Position numbers and translations under genes: made by a program
Origin: an uncultured Anaerolineales bacterium
GTDB lineage: Bacteria; Chloroflexota; Anaerolineae; Anaerolineales; E44-bin32
Direction: 5' to 3'
DNA length: 64,000 nucleotides
Assembly (NCBI GenBank): GCA_965195195.1
Contig: CBDAFF010000039.1
Location: 137,188 to 201,187 of the forward strand
The notes under the pieces: generated by a model
The model's database searches: none
The model's input: the letters and a program-made list of their open reading frames with translations, nothing else
Told to the model about the DNA's origin: nothing
In this document: piece by piece, positions 18,925-29,883 of the stretch
How the letters are laid out: the number at the start of each line of letters is the position of its first letter
Numbering within the stretch: the first letter of the stretch is position 1

Positions 18925-20262
18925 ATGTCGAAAAAAGAGTCAATATTGCCGCCCGCTGCGCTAAAACTTATCGAGCGTTTCAAACAAGGCGAAGCCACGA
19001 TTGGTGTTGTTGGTTTGGGTTATGTTGGACTGCCACTTGCCGTCGTCTTGGGGGAGGCCGGTTATCAAGTCATTGGTCTTGATGTAGATCCCGCAAAAAT
19101 TGAATTGCTGCGTGATGGAAAAAGTTACATCGAAGATATTGGCGATGAAATTTTGTCTCGGCTTGTGGACGATGGGCGCTTGAAGTTTACGACCGAGTAC
19201 GCAGACTTGGCTGAAGTTGATGGGGTCAGCATCTGTGTACCTACGCCATTGAGGAAAACAGGAGACCCTGACCTGTCCTATATCATCTCAGTCTCGAAAG
19301 CCCTGCGAGATGTCCTCCACGCCGGGATGTTGATCATCCTTGAATCCACCACCTATCCGGGAACGACGCGCGAACTCGTCCAGCCGGAGATGGAATCCAC
19401 GGGTTTAAAAGTGGGGGAGGATCTCTTTCTGGCCTTCTCACCAGAGCGAGTCGACCCGGGCCGGTCGGATTGGACAACTGTAAACACACCGAAGGTGATC
19501 GGCGGGATTACACCGGCTTGCACTGAAGTCGCAGCGACGATGTATGGTCGGGCGATGAAAACTATTGTTCCTGTCGCATCGACAGAAACTGCTGAAATGA
19601 CGAAGCTGCTCGAAAACACATTCCGGGCGGTCAATATTGGCCTGGTCAACGAAATGGCGTTGATGTGTGATCGTCTGGGCATGGATGTATGGGAGGTTAT
19701 CGAAGCCGCAGGGACGAAACCCTTTGGGTTCATGAAGTTCACTCCTGGACCTGGCCTTGGAGGACATTGCATCCCAATTGATCCACTCTACCTCTCCTGG
19801 AAATTAAAGAGCGTTAAGTACAACGCTCGTTTCATCGAGTTGGCCAGCGAGATCAATACGAACATGCCCCGCTATGTCGTCCAGCGGGTTCAAGATGCCA
19901 TGAATTTGATCGGAAAATCAATCCAGGGCTCGAAAATGCTCGTGTTAGGTGTGGCCTACAAGAAGGATGTCTCTGACGTCCGCGAGTCGCCCGCATTGGA
20001 TGTCATTGGGTTGCTCCTGGATAAAGGTGCACAGGTGGAATACCATGATCCTTATGTGCCTTTAACCGAAGGCGAGGGCTGGAGTTTAGAATCCAGCAGC
20101 GATGCTTTAGGTGCGGTGAAGCAGGCAGATTGTGTCGTTCTTGTCACCGACCATTCTGATTTCGATTACCAGGGAATCGCCAATGCCGCCAAGTTCATCT
20201 TTGATACTCGCAACGCGTTCCGGTACCGGGGGATCGAATCACCGAAGATTATGAGGCTCTAA
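18925..20262 (+). CDS. Nucleotide-sugar 6-dehydrogenase (UDP-GlcNAc/UDP-ManNAc dehydrogenase family; WbpA/TviB/WecC-like)
   Basis: Rossmann motif GLGYVGLP and catalytic-Cys block GLGGHCIPIDP. The exact substrate cannot be resolved from sequence alone. Confidence 0.85.
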   Translation: MSKKESILPPAALKLIERFKQGEATIGVVGLGYVGLPLAVVLGEAGYQVIGLDVDPAKIELLRDGKSYIEDIGDEILSRLVDDGRLKFTTEYADLAEVDGVSICVPTPLRKTGDPDLSYIISVSKALRDVLHAGMLIILESTTYPGTTRELVQPEMESTGLKVGEDLFLAFSPERVDPGRSDWTTVNTPKVIGGITPACTEVAATMYGRAMKTIVPVASTETAEMTKLLENTFRAVNIGLVNEMALMCDRLGMDVWEVIEAAGTKPFGFMKFTPGPGLGGHCIPIDPLYLSWKLKSVKYNARFIELASEINTNMPRYVVQRVQDAMNLIGKSIQGSKMLVLGVAYKKDVSDVRESPALDVIGLLLDKGAQVEYHDPYVPLTEGEGWSLESSSDALGAVKQADCVVLVTDHSDFDYQGIANAAKFIFDTRNAFRYRGIESPKIMRL

Positions 20263-21239
20263 TGGCGCGTTATCTCCTTTCAGGTGCCGCCGGTTTTATC
20301 GGCGCTCGAGTAGCCAGACATCTGCTGGATTCGGGGTCTATCGTCATTGGCATCGATAATATCAACGACTCCTACGATCCACGCCTTAAAGAGTGGAGGC
20401 TTGAACAGTTCCGGGATGATGATCGTTTCACTTTAAAACGAATCAATATTACCAACCGAGATGAACTTGAGCGTGCACTTGGTGATGAGCCTTATGATGG
20501 CGTGATCAATCTCGCCGCCCGAGCTGGGGTTCGCCAGAGCGTAAGCGATCCATGGGTTTATTATGAGACGAATGTCATCGGGGCTTTGAATCTACTCGAT
20601 GCCTGCCGCGATCGGTCTATTCCTAAACTTGTTCAGGCTTCGACGTCAAGCTTGTATGGGCTGCACAACCCCAGGCCATATAACGAGGACGCTGACACAA
20701 GCCAGCCACTCTCTCCCTATGCGGCATCGAAGGGTGCAGCGGAGATGCTCTGTCATAGCTATCACCACCTGCACGAGATGGATATCACCATCCTGCGTTA
20801 CTTCACGGTCTATGGACCCGCGGGCCGTCCTGACATGAGTGTTTTCCGGTTCATCCAATGGATTGCCGAAGGGCGACCTCTGGTTTTGTATGGTGATGGT
20901 CTTCAGGAGCGCGATTTCACATTTGTCGAGGATATTGCCCGGGGAACAGTGGCCGCTCTACGCCCGTTGGGTTTTGAGGTGGTTAACCTGGGGGGAGATC
21001 GCCCGGTAAAAATGATGGACGTGATATCTATGATTGAAGAGCGTCTCGGCAAGAGCGCTGACATCGATCAAAGGGAAACTGCACCTGCGGATATGCCCTC
21101 TACGTGGGCTGATATTCACAAGGCGCAGAGACTTCTCGACTGGCGCCCCGAGGTTTCGCTGGAGACAGGCTTGGAAGATGCAATCTCGTGGTATCTCCAG
21201 GAGCGGGATTGGGCGGAATCCATCCCAACCACTGACTAG
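20262..21239 (+). CDS. Extended-SDR NAD-dependent epimerase (UDP-glucuronate / UDP-HexNAcA 4-epimerase-like, TviC/Cap1J-like)
   Basis: GAAGFIG, IDNINDSYDPRLK and the YxxxK motif in SPYAASKGAAE. It is translationally coupled to the dehydrogenase. Confidence 0.8.
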   Translation: MARYLLSGAAGFIGARVARHLLDSGSIVIGIDNINDSYDPRLKEWRLEQFRDDDRFTLKRINITNRDELERALGDEPYDGVINLAARAGVRQSVSDPWVYYETNVIGALNLLDACRDRSIPKLVQASTSSLYGLHNPRPYNEDADTSQPLSPYAASKGAAEMLCHSYHHLHEMDITILRYFTVYGPAGRPDMSVFRFIQWIAEGRPLVLYGDGLQERDFTFVEDIARGTVAALRPLGFEVVNLGGDRPVKMMDVISMIEERLGKSADIDQRETAPADMPSTWADIHKAQRLLDWRPEVSLETGLEDAISWYLQERDWAESIPTTD

Positions 21240-22610
21240 ATGAGCATGCTCCGTTCGTTGTATCGCCTCGGCTCCGCTTCTCTGAAGCGATTTATTTCCC
21301 ATCCACTCTTTCAGCGTGTGATTCGTAACACGGGATATCTTTTCAGCGCGCAGACGATCGCGGCGGGTCTGAGTATGGGTCAGGGCATCCTGACGGCGAG
21401 GCTGCTAGGCGTTGAGGGGGCTGGTCTGGTTGGGATCATCACGCAGTTCTCTAGCAATATTTACCGTCTAATCTCTTTCCGCATGAGTGAGCTTGTCGTC
21501 AGTTTTGTGGGGGAATTCAGTGCAAAAGAGCAGGATGCACAGGCGGCAGCGGTGTTTAAAGCAGCGGCTTTTATAGAGTTGATCGGGTCAATCATAGCCT
21601 ATGGGCTTGTGGTTCTGCTCTCACCGCTGGCGGCGCGTCTCTTCGCCCACAATCCTGACCTCGCCCCCCTATTCGCTCTTTATGGATTCTACGTTTTAGC
21701 GAGTTTATTCTCTGAGAGTGCTATCGGCTTGCTTCAGTACTTCAATCGCTTTGGCGTGATTGCCTACGCGACGATCGGGCAAAGCATATTAACAATATTG
21801 CTCATCACTGCAGCTTTTATCCGCGGGGGCGATCTAACGGATATTGTCATCGCCTACCTGGTCGGAAAAGTGGTGTGGGGCCTATTTATTTCACTGGCTG
21901 GACTCTGGCAGGCGCATAAAGTGTGGGGTCGGGGATGGTGGCGAGCGCCTTTGTCGCTATTAGCTCCGCGCCGCGTAGAACTGGTGCGCTTTGGAATTAG
22001 CACGAATCTCTCTGGGACGAGTAAATTAATCTCAAGAGATAGCGAGATGCTCTGGCTGGCTTACTTCAGCACCCCATTGCAGGTGGGTTACTACAAGATT
22101 GCCAAGGCGATCATGAATATCCTGATGACCCCCGTTACTCCGTTAATCAGTACGACTTACAGGGAGGTAGCGAGAGAGGTTGCAAGCCGTCACTGGGAGA
22201 ACGTCCGCTACTTATTGCGCAGCGGGACTATTCTCGCTGCCGCCTGGACTTTACCTGCCAGCCTTGGGCTTGTGCTCTTTGGTCCTTGGGTAGTCGGTTT
22301 GTATGGACCGGATTTCCTTCCCACCTCCTATATCAATATTCTCATCCTTCTCGTCGGTGTGATAGCCGTCAACATTTTTTACTGGAACCAGCTTGTCCTG
22401 TTGCCGCTTGGTCTTCCTGATTACCCAGCTAAAGTCCATTTCGTATTCGCAATTGGCAAAGTCATTGGAACGATACTGCTTGTCCCTGTAATGGGCGCCA
22501 ATGGTATGGCGGCTTTATTCAGTGCTTACCTCTTCTTCACAACTGCAGTTCTTGTTTGGAAAACTCTACGAGAACTCCAGCGAGTTTCGATCGAACCAGC
22601 ACAGGCTTAA
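21240..22610 (+). CDS. MOP-superfamily polysaccharide flippase (Wzx-like)
   Basis: 456 aa, about 12-14 hydrophobic segments and Wzx-like composition, in a polysaccharide-locus context. Confidence 0.65.
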   Translation: MSMLRSLYRLGSASLKRFISHPLFQRVIRNTGYLFSAQTIAAGLSMGQGILTARLLGVEGAGLVGIITQFSSNIYRLISFRMSELVVSFVGEFSAKEQDAQAAAVFKAAAFIELIGSIIAYGLVVLLSPLAARLFAHNPDLAPLFALYGFYVLASLFSESAIGLLQYFNRFGVIAYATIGQSILTILLITAAFIRGGDLTDIVIAYLVGKVVWGLFISLAGLWQAHKVWGRGWWRAPLSLLAPRRVELVRFGISTNLSGTSKLISRDSEMLWLAYFSTPLQVGYYKIAKAIMNILMTPVTPLISTTYREVAREVASRHWENVRYLLRSGTILAAAWTLPASLGLVLFGPWVVGLYGPDFLPTSYINILILLVGVIAVNIFYWNQLVLLPLGLPDYPAKVHFVFAIGKVIGTILLVPVMGANGMAALFSAYLFFTTAVLVWKTLRELQRVSIEPAQA

Positions 22611-22625
22611 GGCGGTTGATTTATC

Positions 22626-23768
22626 ATGCGAATCGCACTTATCTCCGCTTCAAGGGTGCCGTCTCGTACGGCCAATTCCATTGAGGTAATGAAGGTCTGT
22701 CAGGCTTTCATTGATCTTGGTCATGAAATTCATCTCTGGCTTCCAAGTCCTGAGCTAAAGATGGTCTGGGCCGAACTAAAAGAGTTTTATGGTATTCGAG
22801 ATTCATTCCCGATTTCCTGGCTGACCAGTTCCCGAGTTTTTCAGCGGTATGATTTTTCCCTTCGAGCAGTCTTGAAGGCGCGGGCATGGGATCCGTCGCT
22901 GTTTTATATTTGGCCGCTTCAGGCGGCGGCGATTGCATCATCGTTGGGGTTGCCGACTGCATTGGAGGTTCATGATCGCCCGCAAGGTCGTCTGGGACCG
23001 ATCCTGTTTCGCAGGTTCCTTGAGGGTAGGGGAGCGACTAGGGTCCTCCCGATCACAGAGGCGATGCGTGAGTGGTTAAGTGATGCCTATCAAGTTGATC
23101 TTGAGCCGCCCTTCGCTCTTGTCGCACCAATGGGAATGGACCTGGCGCAGTATCACAATCTCCCTGATCCGGAAAATGCGAGAGAAACAATAGGTCTTAA
23201 TGAGGGTTTCACAGCCGGTTATGCCGGCCATCTCTATGCAGGGCGGGGGATTGATATGTTAATGGATCTGGCCTGGCGCAACCCAGATGTCCACTTCTTA
23301 TGGGCTGGTGGTGAACCCGAAGCGGTTGAGTTCTGGCGCAGCCGGCTGCAGAAAGCTGGCTTGCAGAACGTCAAGCTCTTTGGTTTTGTTCCCAACGAGC
23401 GGTTGCCGTTGGTTCAAGCGGCTTGTGATGTACTGCTGATGCCCTATGAGCCTAAGATTTCCGTCAGCAGCGGGGGAGATACGGCGCAATTTGCCAGCCC
23501 GATGAAGCAGTTTGAGTATCTTGCATCGGGAAGGGCAATACTCGCCAGTGATTTACCAGTTTTTCGTGAGGTCCTGAATGAGGAAAACGCGGTTTTGCTT
23601 CCGCCCAATGATGTAGCAGCATGGGACCAAGCGCTGAATCAATTGATAGCGGATGATAGCCGCCGGAATTCGTTTGGGGAGAGAGCGCGCAAAGACGCTG
23701 CTCAATACGACTGGCGTGACCGCGCTAGAAGGTTGCTTGAGGGTTTGGAAAAAATCGATGCTACATGA
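22626..23768 (+). CDS. GT-B glycosyltransferase, family 4-like
   Basis: A C-terminal EX7E-type region (FEYLASGRAILASDLPVFREVL) and GT4-like length and architecture. Confidence 0.8.
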   Translation: MRIALISASRVPSRTANSIEVMKVCQAFIDLGHEIHLWLPSPELKMVWAELKEFYGIRDSFPISWLTSSRVFQRYDFSLRAVLKARAWDPSLFYIWPLQAAAIASSLGLPTALEVHDRPQGRLGPILFRRFLEGRGATRVLPITEAMREWLSDAYQVDLEPPFALVAPMGMDLAQYHNLPDPENARETIGLNEGFTAGYAGHLYAGRGIDMLMDLAWRNPDVHFLWAGGEPEAVEFWRSRLQKAGLQNVKLFGFVPNERLPLVQAACDVLLMPYEPKISVSSGGDTAQFASPMKQFEYLASGRAILASDLPVFREVLNEENAVLLPPNDVAAWDQALNQLIADDSRRNSFGERARKDAAQYDWRDRARRLLEGLEKIDAT

Positions 23769-25119
23769 TCTTGGCGCACGTTTAGGAACGTATGTACGGA
23801 AACGGGAATTCCTATGGCCAGGATCTCTTCTGCTGCTAGGGGTACTGTTGCGCGCCTGGCTGTGGTTCAGTTATGAACCGATATCCTATGGCGATACAGG
23901 ATCCTACATGCGTCTGGGGGAAGCCCTCAAAGATCTATCCTTCAGCGGTTATGACGGCACACGCGTTCCTGGTTACCCGGCCTTTCTGGCGCTGCTCGAC
24001 TTGCAGCCCGATCGAGTGTGGTTCGTGCAGATGCTCATGGGGCTGACGATATCGATGCTTCTGTACTGGATTACCTGGCGGACGACGAACAGTATGGTGC
24101 TCGGTTTTGTCGTTGGCGCTCTCTACAATCTAATCCCCGGGCAGTTCCTCTTTGAAGCCAACCTCCTGACGGAAACGCTTACGACGTTCTTTGTCGTTTT
24201 AAGTCTTTGCCTGTTCGTTTGTTTCACGCGCGTTCGAAGCCCTGCTTGGGGCTATGGTCTCGTGCTATTACTGGGAGTGGCAGTCAGCGTGGTGGGTTTG
24301 ATCCGTCCTTTATTTTTCCCATTAACGATATGGTTCCTTCCCTTTATCTGGCTTGCAGCAAACGGGGATTGGAAAAAAAAGCTGCTGTTCGTCGCGTTGT
24401 ATTCCCTGGGTCCGTTAATCCTGCAGGGCAGCTGGTTGGTCTACATGAAACAGCATTATCACGTACTATCGCCCACAGCGATGGCGGGATACAGTCTCGT
24501 GCAGCATACGGGGGAGTACTTCGAATTTCTTCCCGATGAGTACGCATCTATTCGCGACACCTATATCCGCTTCCGGGATGCGCAGATTGCTGCGCGCGGG
24601 GTGCAGACCAATGCCATCTGGGAGGCGATCCCGGAGATCTCGAAGGCATCAGGTTTAGGTTTCTATGAGCTCGCGCGCGAGATGCAGCGGCTCTCTTGGT
24701 GGTTGATTCGGCATCATCCTGATCTCTATTTAAAAAACGTCATCGTCGGCTGGATCTCGTTCTGGAAAGCGCCCGTTTATTGGCGTCCAGAAGCGGTACA
24801 ATCGGTATTTGCAGGGGGAATCTTGAGTGGGATAGCGATTGTTGGAAGAGGAATCTCCCTGCTGGCGAATTTCCTGTTCCTCGTTTTTAGTGTGTTGGTT
24901 GCCGCAAGTGCCAAGTGGCGCCGAAGATTGCAGTTCGATTTAATTTCTATGGCGGTGGGTGGGATGATCTGGATGATTTCCATCCTGCAAACGCTCCTCG
25001 ATCATGGCGACAACCCGCGTTTTCTTGTACCTTTGCAGGTATTGGTACTTTACCTGGTTGTCCGTAGTCTCTGGTTTTGGAGCAAGGGAAGAGTCGGCCT
25101 GGAGGTCATTGACCGTTGA
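23758..25119 (+). CDS. Polytopic membrane protein, GT-C-like (ArnT/PMT_2-like) putative glycosyltransferase
   Basis: About 12 predicted TM segments. There is an acidic motif in the first extracytoplasmic loop (EPISYGDTGSY) and a C-terminal DNPRFLVPL motif shared with the next gene. ATG 23758 overlaps the GT4 stop, and the track's longer N-terminus (23653) is read through the GT4 gene. Confidence 0.55.
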   Translation: MLHDLGARLGTYVRKREFLWPGSLLLLGVLLRAWLWFSYEPISYGDTGSYMRLGEALKDLSFSGYDGTRVPGYPAFLALLDLQPDRVWFVQMLMGLTISMLLYWITWRTTNSMVLGFVVGALYNLIPGQFLFEANLLTETLTTFFVVLSLCLFVCFTRVRSPAWGYGLVLLLGVAVSVVGLIRPLFFPLTIWFLPFIWLAANGDWKKKLLFVALYSLGPLILQGSWLVYMKQHYHVLSPTAMAGYSLVQHTGEYFEFLPDEYASIRDTYIRFRDAQIAARGVQTNAIWEAIPEISKASGLGFYELAREMQRLSWWLIRHHPDLYLKNVIVGWISFWKAPVYWRPEAVQSVFAGGILSGIAIVGRGISLLANFLFLVFSVLVAASAKWRRRLQFDLISMAVGGMIWMISILQTLLDHGDNPRFLVPLQVLVLYLVVRSLWFWSKGRVGLEVIDR

Positions 25120-26696
25120 AACGAATTGGGATTGCCCTGGCGTGGATCCTCCCGATGCTGGCTGCTTGCGCCATCTTGTCCAGTTCTGATCTCTTTGGCT
25201 TCACCATCCAAGGCTGGTTGGCTTATTCACTATTAATGAGCATCTCCTTGCTCATTATTTATTTCGTTTGGGTTTATTTTCGCAGGGAAGGCGCGGGAAA
25301 AGCCTTACTTGTGGCTGCCCTGGTCGCCTTGGGTTTGCGAGTTCTCGTGGGGGTCGTGCTCTATCGGGGTTTGCCAATCTGGGGTTATGATGAGAAACCA
25401 CAAAGGGCTGGTTATGTGTTCTGGGATTCTTACAAACGCGATACCGATGCCTGGTCACGATCCGGCATGGACCAAGCTCTTACAACCGCGTTTACAAACC
25501 CGACGGGAAGCGACCAGTACGGGGGGTTGCTATTTCTTAGCTCCAGCATCTATCGCTATCTCAGCCCGGATACCCAGCGCCCATTATTAATCGTCGTAAT
25601 GTCGGCCGCGGTTTCGGCACTGGCGGTGCTTTTCACTTGGGGATTTGCGGCTTCTGTTATGGGGGACAAGGTGGCGATGATTACTGCCTGGATCGTTGCG
25701 CTATATCCTGAGGCGGTGCTGCTGGGGGCATCGCAGATGCGCGAACCATTTCTCATTGCTGCCCTGGCTGCTGCCCTTTATGGTTATTCACGGATGCGGA
25801 AAGGGGAGTTGAAGGGTGGGATCGCGATCGTCGTGGCATCTGCATTGATATTGGCTTTGCCGATATCACCACCATTTGTGATCGTGATTTTTGCGATTAT
25901 CGCCTCGGCTTGGTTTTGGGAAGGGCTTGGAATTGGGCCGCGCAGAAGGTTATTCGTTCTAGTTCTTCTCGGCGTGATTGTCCTGGCAGCTCTAGCACTC
26001 GCCGTCCGAGCGTGGGCGGGTTTGGATGCCATCGCCGGCTCCCCTTGGGAAGTTGTTCGCGAATGGTGGGTGAATGCAGGAGATCAATGGCGGGTTACAC
26101 TCGTCAGCGAACAATCAGATATGCTCGATACCCTGCTTGATCGTTTGCCGGCCAGTTTTCAGACCCCTTTCCTCGTCCTATATGGTCTCATCCAACCTTT
26201 CTTGCCGGCTGCCCTGATTGCACCGGGTGCGCCTATCTGGCGCAGCATCGGTATTTGGCGCAGTCTGGGATGGTTCCTGATGCTGCCGTTTCTGCTGTAT
26301 GGGACTTGGCTGGCTTTCAGGAGAAAGGGATGGAGGAGCTTGGAGAGCTATCTCGCCGTTCTAATCTGGGTGACGGCGTTGATTTCCTCCTACCGTGCCC
26401 CGGGGTACCAGTGGGATAACCCCCGCTATCGGGTTATATTCCTTGCAGCCCAGGCTGCTCTAATCGCATGGACTTGGGTTGAGGTGCGTCGTATTGAAAG
26501 CCCCTGGCTGAAACGCTGGTTTGTAATCCTTAGCGTTGACTATCTGCTCGTTACGTATTGGTATATCGGTCGATACTACGACACGCCTTCACTCGGCCTG
26601 GAAGCAACATTAGGGAGTATTCTCTTCTTCACGGTCGTCTATCTGGTAGGAATGCTCCTCTCTGACGTTATTCGTACGAAAAAACTACGGAGCTAG
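25116..26696 (+). CDS. Polytopic membrane protein, GT-C-like glycosyltransferase or polymerase candidate
   Basis: 526 aa and highly hydrophobic. Loop motifs WDSYKRDTDAW and YPEAVLLGASQMREPF, plus a C-terminal WDNPRYRVIF. It overlaps the upstream gene by 4 nt. Confidence 0.5.
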   Translation: MKRIGIALAWILPMLAACAILSSSDLFGFTIQGWLAYSLLMSISLLIIYFVWVYFRREGAGKALLVAALVALGLRVLVGVVLYRGLPIWGYDEKPQRAGYVFWDSYKRDTDAWSRSGMDQALTTAFTNPTGSDQYGGLLFLSSSIYRYLSPDTQRPLLIVVMSAAVSALAVLFTWGFAASVMGDKVAMITAWIVALYPEAVLLGASQMREPFLIAALAAALYGYSRMRKGELKGGIAIVVASALILALPISPPFVIVIFAIIASAWFWEGLGIGPRRRLFVLVLLGVIVLAALALAVRAWAGLDAIAGSPWEVVREWWVNAGDQWRVTLVSEQSDMLDTLLDRLPASFQTPFLVLYGLIQPFLPAALIAPGAPIWRSIGIWRSLGWFLMLPFLLYGTWLAFRRKGWRSLESYLAVLIWVTALISSYRAPGYQWDNPRYRVIFLAAQAALIAWTWVEVRRIESPWLKRWFVILSVDYLLVTYWYIGRYYDTPSLGLEATLGSILFFTVVYLVGMLLSDVIRTKKLRS

Positions 26697-26773
26697 AGAG
26701 AAACCCTCTTGAGAGGTATAATTCAGCGATTGAATATTGGCTCGCGATCTTGCATACCTAAGGGAATTGAAAA

Positions 26774-27859
26774 ATGACGAAAGCTTTAATCACCGGTATC
26801 ACAGGACAGGACGGCTCATATCTGGCAGAGTTATTGCTGCACAAGGGATATGAAGTTCATGGCCTGATTCGGATAACGAGTTCGTTTAACACTGAACGCA
26901 TCGACCATATCTACCAGGACCCACATGACCCCTCCGCGAAGCTGTTCCTGCATTATGGCAACCTGTCGAATGGTGAGCAGTTGACGAACATGGTCTACAA
27001 CGTCCAGCCGGACGAGATCTATCACATGGGCGCACAATCGCACGTAAAAGTGAGCTTTGACATGCCGGCGTATACGGGTAATGTCACCGGACTGGGGACG
27101 ACGCGCATTCTGGAAGCTATTCGGCGAAGCGAGATTAAAACTCGCTTCTACCAGGCGTCCTCCAGTGAGATGTTCGGCAATGCGCCGCCCCCGCAAAGCG
27201 AGGAGACGGTTTTCGAACCGCGCAGCCCATACGCGATCGCAAAAGTGTATGCTTATTGGATGACGGTTAACTACCGTGAAGCCTACGATATGTTTGCGGC
27301 GAATGGGATATTGTTCAACCACGAAAGCCCCAGGAGGGGACCGACGTTCCTATCGCGTAAAGTGACGCGGGCTGTGGCGAGGATAAAGGCTGGACTGCAG
27401 CAAAAAGTTTACCTCGGGAATCTTGACTCGCGCCGCGATTACGGATATACGCCGGAGTATGTTGAAGTCATGTGGCAAATCTTGCAGCAGGATCAGCCCG
27501 ACGACTTCGTCATTGGAACCGGGGTCGCCCCGACCATCCGCGAGTTTGTGGAAGAAGCATTTGCCTACGCTGACATGGATTGGCAGGAATACGTAGAAAT
27601 CGACCCGCGCTATTTTCGACCGACGGAGGTCGACTATCTCCATGCCGACCCGTCTAAAGCTCGCCGTCAATTAGGATGGGAACCCAAGATTACATATAAG
27701 AAATTGGTGCCCATCATGGTCGATGCAGACCTCGAGGCTGTTGGGCAGGAACCAATCGGGGAGGGCTTGAAGATCCTGGATGAGCACTTCGATGATTGGC
27801 ATCGGTGGGATACGGGGGTTACAGCAGTGATTCAGAACGCCGGTAACGGCGTGGATTGA
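26774..27859 (+). CDS. gmd: GDP-mannose 4,6-dehydratase
   Basis: The N-terminus [30 protein letters not shown] is diagnostic. Also SSEMFG and [10 protein letters not shown] (YxxxK). Confidence 0.95.
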   Translation: MTKALITGITGQDGSYLAELLLHKGYEVHGLIRITSSFNTERIDHIYQDPHDPSAKLFLHYGNLSNGEQLTNMVYNVQPDEIYHMGAQSHVKVSFDMPAYTGNVTGLGTTRILEAIRRSEIKTRFYQASSSEMFGNAPPPQSEETVFEPRSPYAIAKVYAYWMTVNYREAYDMFAANGILFNHESPRRGPTFLSRKVTRAVARIKAGLQQKVYLGNLDSRRDYGYTPEYVEVMWQILQQDQPDDFVIGTGVAPTIREFVEEAFAYADMDWQEYVEIDPRYFRPTEVDYLHADPSKARRQLGWEPKITYKKLVPIMVDADLEAVGQEPIGEGLKILDEHFDDWHRWDTGVTAVIQNAGNGVD

Positions 27860-27865
27860 GGTGAA

Positions 27866-28900
27866 ATGATGGGGGAGGGAATAAGCAAAGAAACCGCTTC
27901 GCTGCCAGTGAGATCGGACAATAAGGACAAAAGAAAGGATGGGGTTCCCTATCTTTCCATTGTCGTTCCGGTCTTTAACGAGGTTGAAAACTTACGGCTT
28001 CTTTTCGATGCGATTTCGGAAGCATTGTCTGACATCTCCTACGAAATCATCTTCGTGGATGATGGCTCAAATGATGGAAGTGTGGAGATTCTCTTCGAAA
28101 TCGCTCAAGAAGCGAGCGATATTGTCAGCGTAATTCAATTCCGCAGGAATTTTGGTCAGACAGCCGCGATCGCAGCAGGCCTCGATTATTCGGCCGGAGA
28201 GATCATCGTCCTCTTGGATGCCGATCTGCAGAATGACCCCGCGGACATCCCCATGCTCGTTGAGAAGATCGAAGAGGGCTTCGATGTCGTTTCCGGGTGG
28301 CGGGTGGATCGGAAAGATACGCTGATAACCCGCACGATCCCCTCAAGGATGGCGAATTGGTTGATCTCGACAGTAACGGGCGTAAAACTGCATGACTACG
28401 GCTGCACATTAAAAGCATATCGAAGGGATGTCTTCGAAGGATTCCGCCTTTATGGTGAGATGCACCGCTTTATTCCAGCGTATGCAGTGTCTGTGGGGGC
28501 TCGCATCACAGAGGTTCCGGTTCAACACCACCCAAGGCGTTTTGGTGAGACAAAATACGGCTTGAGTCGTACGATCAAAGTCCTGCTTGACTTATTTACG
28601 GTGAAGTTCCTCATCAGCTATGGCCATAAGCCGATCTACCTCTTTGGTGGCGCAGGCATCCTGCTTATCGTGCCAAGCGTTCTCGTTTTGCTCTTCCTCG
28701 TCGTCCGCAGGCTGTGGCTTGGAATCTCAATCCTTGGTTCACCGCTGCTACAACTCAGTACGATGACGATGATCATGGGCTTCCAATCGATCTTAATGGG
28801 GCTGATAGCGGAGTTGTTGGTCCGCATTTATCATGAGTCACAAGCCAAGCCAACGTATTCCATCCGCAAGGTCGTCGCTCCGTCGCGCTCTGAAGCATGA
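27866..28900 (+). CDS. GT2 polyprenyl-phosphate sugar synthase-like glycosyltransferase (GtrB/ArnC/DPM1-like) with C-terminal TM helices
   Basis: VVPVFNE, DDGSNDGS, the DxD motif in LDADLQND, and two C-terminal TM helices as in GtrB/ArnC. Confidence 0.8.
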   Translation: MMGEGISKETASLPVRSDNKDKRKDGVPYLSIVVPVFNEVENLRLLFDAISEALSDISYEIIFVDDGSNDGSVEILFEIAQEASDIVSVIQFRRNFGQTAAIAAGLDYSAGEIIVLLDADLQNDPADIPMLVEKIEEGFDVVSGWRVDRKDTLITRTIPSRMANWLISTVTGVKLHDYGCTLKAYRRDVFEGFRLYGEMHRFIPAYAVSVGARITEVPVQHHPRRFGETKYGLSRTIKVLLDLFTVKFLISYGHKPIYLFGGAGILLIVPSVLVLLFLVVRRLWLGISILGSPLLQLSTMTMIMGFQSILMGLIAELLVRIYHESQAKPTYSIRKVVAPSRSEA

Positions 28901-29877
28901 AGCTGCGCCCCGACTTTTTTTCGCGTAAGAACATTATCAGGGTGATTGGCACCCTTCTATCCATCGTGTTACTCGTTTATCTTCTAAGCCAACAGGGTTG
29001 GAGCGAGATCGTCGATGCTTTACGCCAGATCCCTCCAATCAATTTGGTGCTGGTTGTCATCCTCATGGCGATCTCCCGGATTTCGGTGGGAGCGCGTTGG
29101 TATTCCCTTCTTCGGTCTACAACTTCGAATATATCGTTTGCGGAAAGTCTGCGGATAACATTCGCAGGTCTGTTCGCCGCGAATTTCCTGCCGACGACCA
29201 TCGGTGGAGATGTCGTTCGTTTAGCGGGAACATTGCCGCGCACAGAAGATCGTGTCGGGAGTGCTGCATCCATTGCCGCAGATCGTCTCGTAGGGCTTTC
29301 TGGGATGGCGATGGCGATCCCCTTAGGACTCGGTGTATTAATCGAATGGATTCAAACGAACGCAGTCGCAGGCTATTTATTCTTAAATCTCGTACGACGA
29401 TCTGGTTTTGCCCTCGCGCTCGCATTCAACTGGTCTGAAGGCTGGGATAAATTCATCAAGATGTTCCGCCGATTGATCGACGTGTTTGCCATGTGGATTC
29501 GTCGCCCGCGAGCCTTGATTACAGCTTTTGGGTTCACATGGCTGCATATGGCTTGTTTGTTTTCTTTATTATGGTTGCTGCTCACAGGCATGGGGCAGAC
29601 AATATCATTTCCAATGATCGCGGGCCTTTGGAGCTTCACATATTTAATTACCCTCATGCCCTTATCGATCAACGGCTTGGGCCTCCGCGAAGTTTCGATC
29701 TCGTATATTTTCACGAACTTGGGTGGGGTTTCAATACAAAGTGCGCTGGCACTTGCCCTGATCCTGAGGGCGTTAGAAATGATCGCAAGTATCCCCGGGG
29801 CGTTTTTCCTCCCGGCCGTTCTCTCAAGTGCAAACGGGAGGGTTGAAGCCGGGGTTGAAGCGGAACCTTCACCATAG
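28897..29877 (+). CDS. UPF0104 / lysyl-PG-synthase-TM-region-like flippase-like membrane protein
   Basis: About eight TM helices and the RWYSLLR-type motif of the flippase-like domain family. It is coupled by a 4-nt overlap to the GT2. Confidence 0.6.
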   Translation: MKLRPDFFSRKNIIRVIGTLLSIVLLVYLLSQQGWSEIVDALRQIPPINLVLVVILMAISRISVGARWYSLLRSTTSNISFAESLRITFAGLFAANFLPTTIGGDVVRLAGTLPRTEDRVGSAASIAADRLVGLSGMAMAIPLGLGVLIEWIQTNAVAGYLFLNLVRRSGFALALAFNWSEGWDKFIKMFRRLIDVFAMWIRRPRALITAFGFTWLHMACLFSLLWLLLTGMGQTISFPMIAGLWSFTYLITLMPLSINGLGLREVSISYIFTNLGGVSIQSALALALILRALEMIASIPGAFFLPAVLSSANGRVEAGVEAEPSP

Positions 29878-29883
29878 AGGACT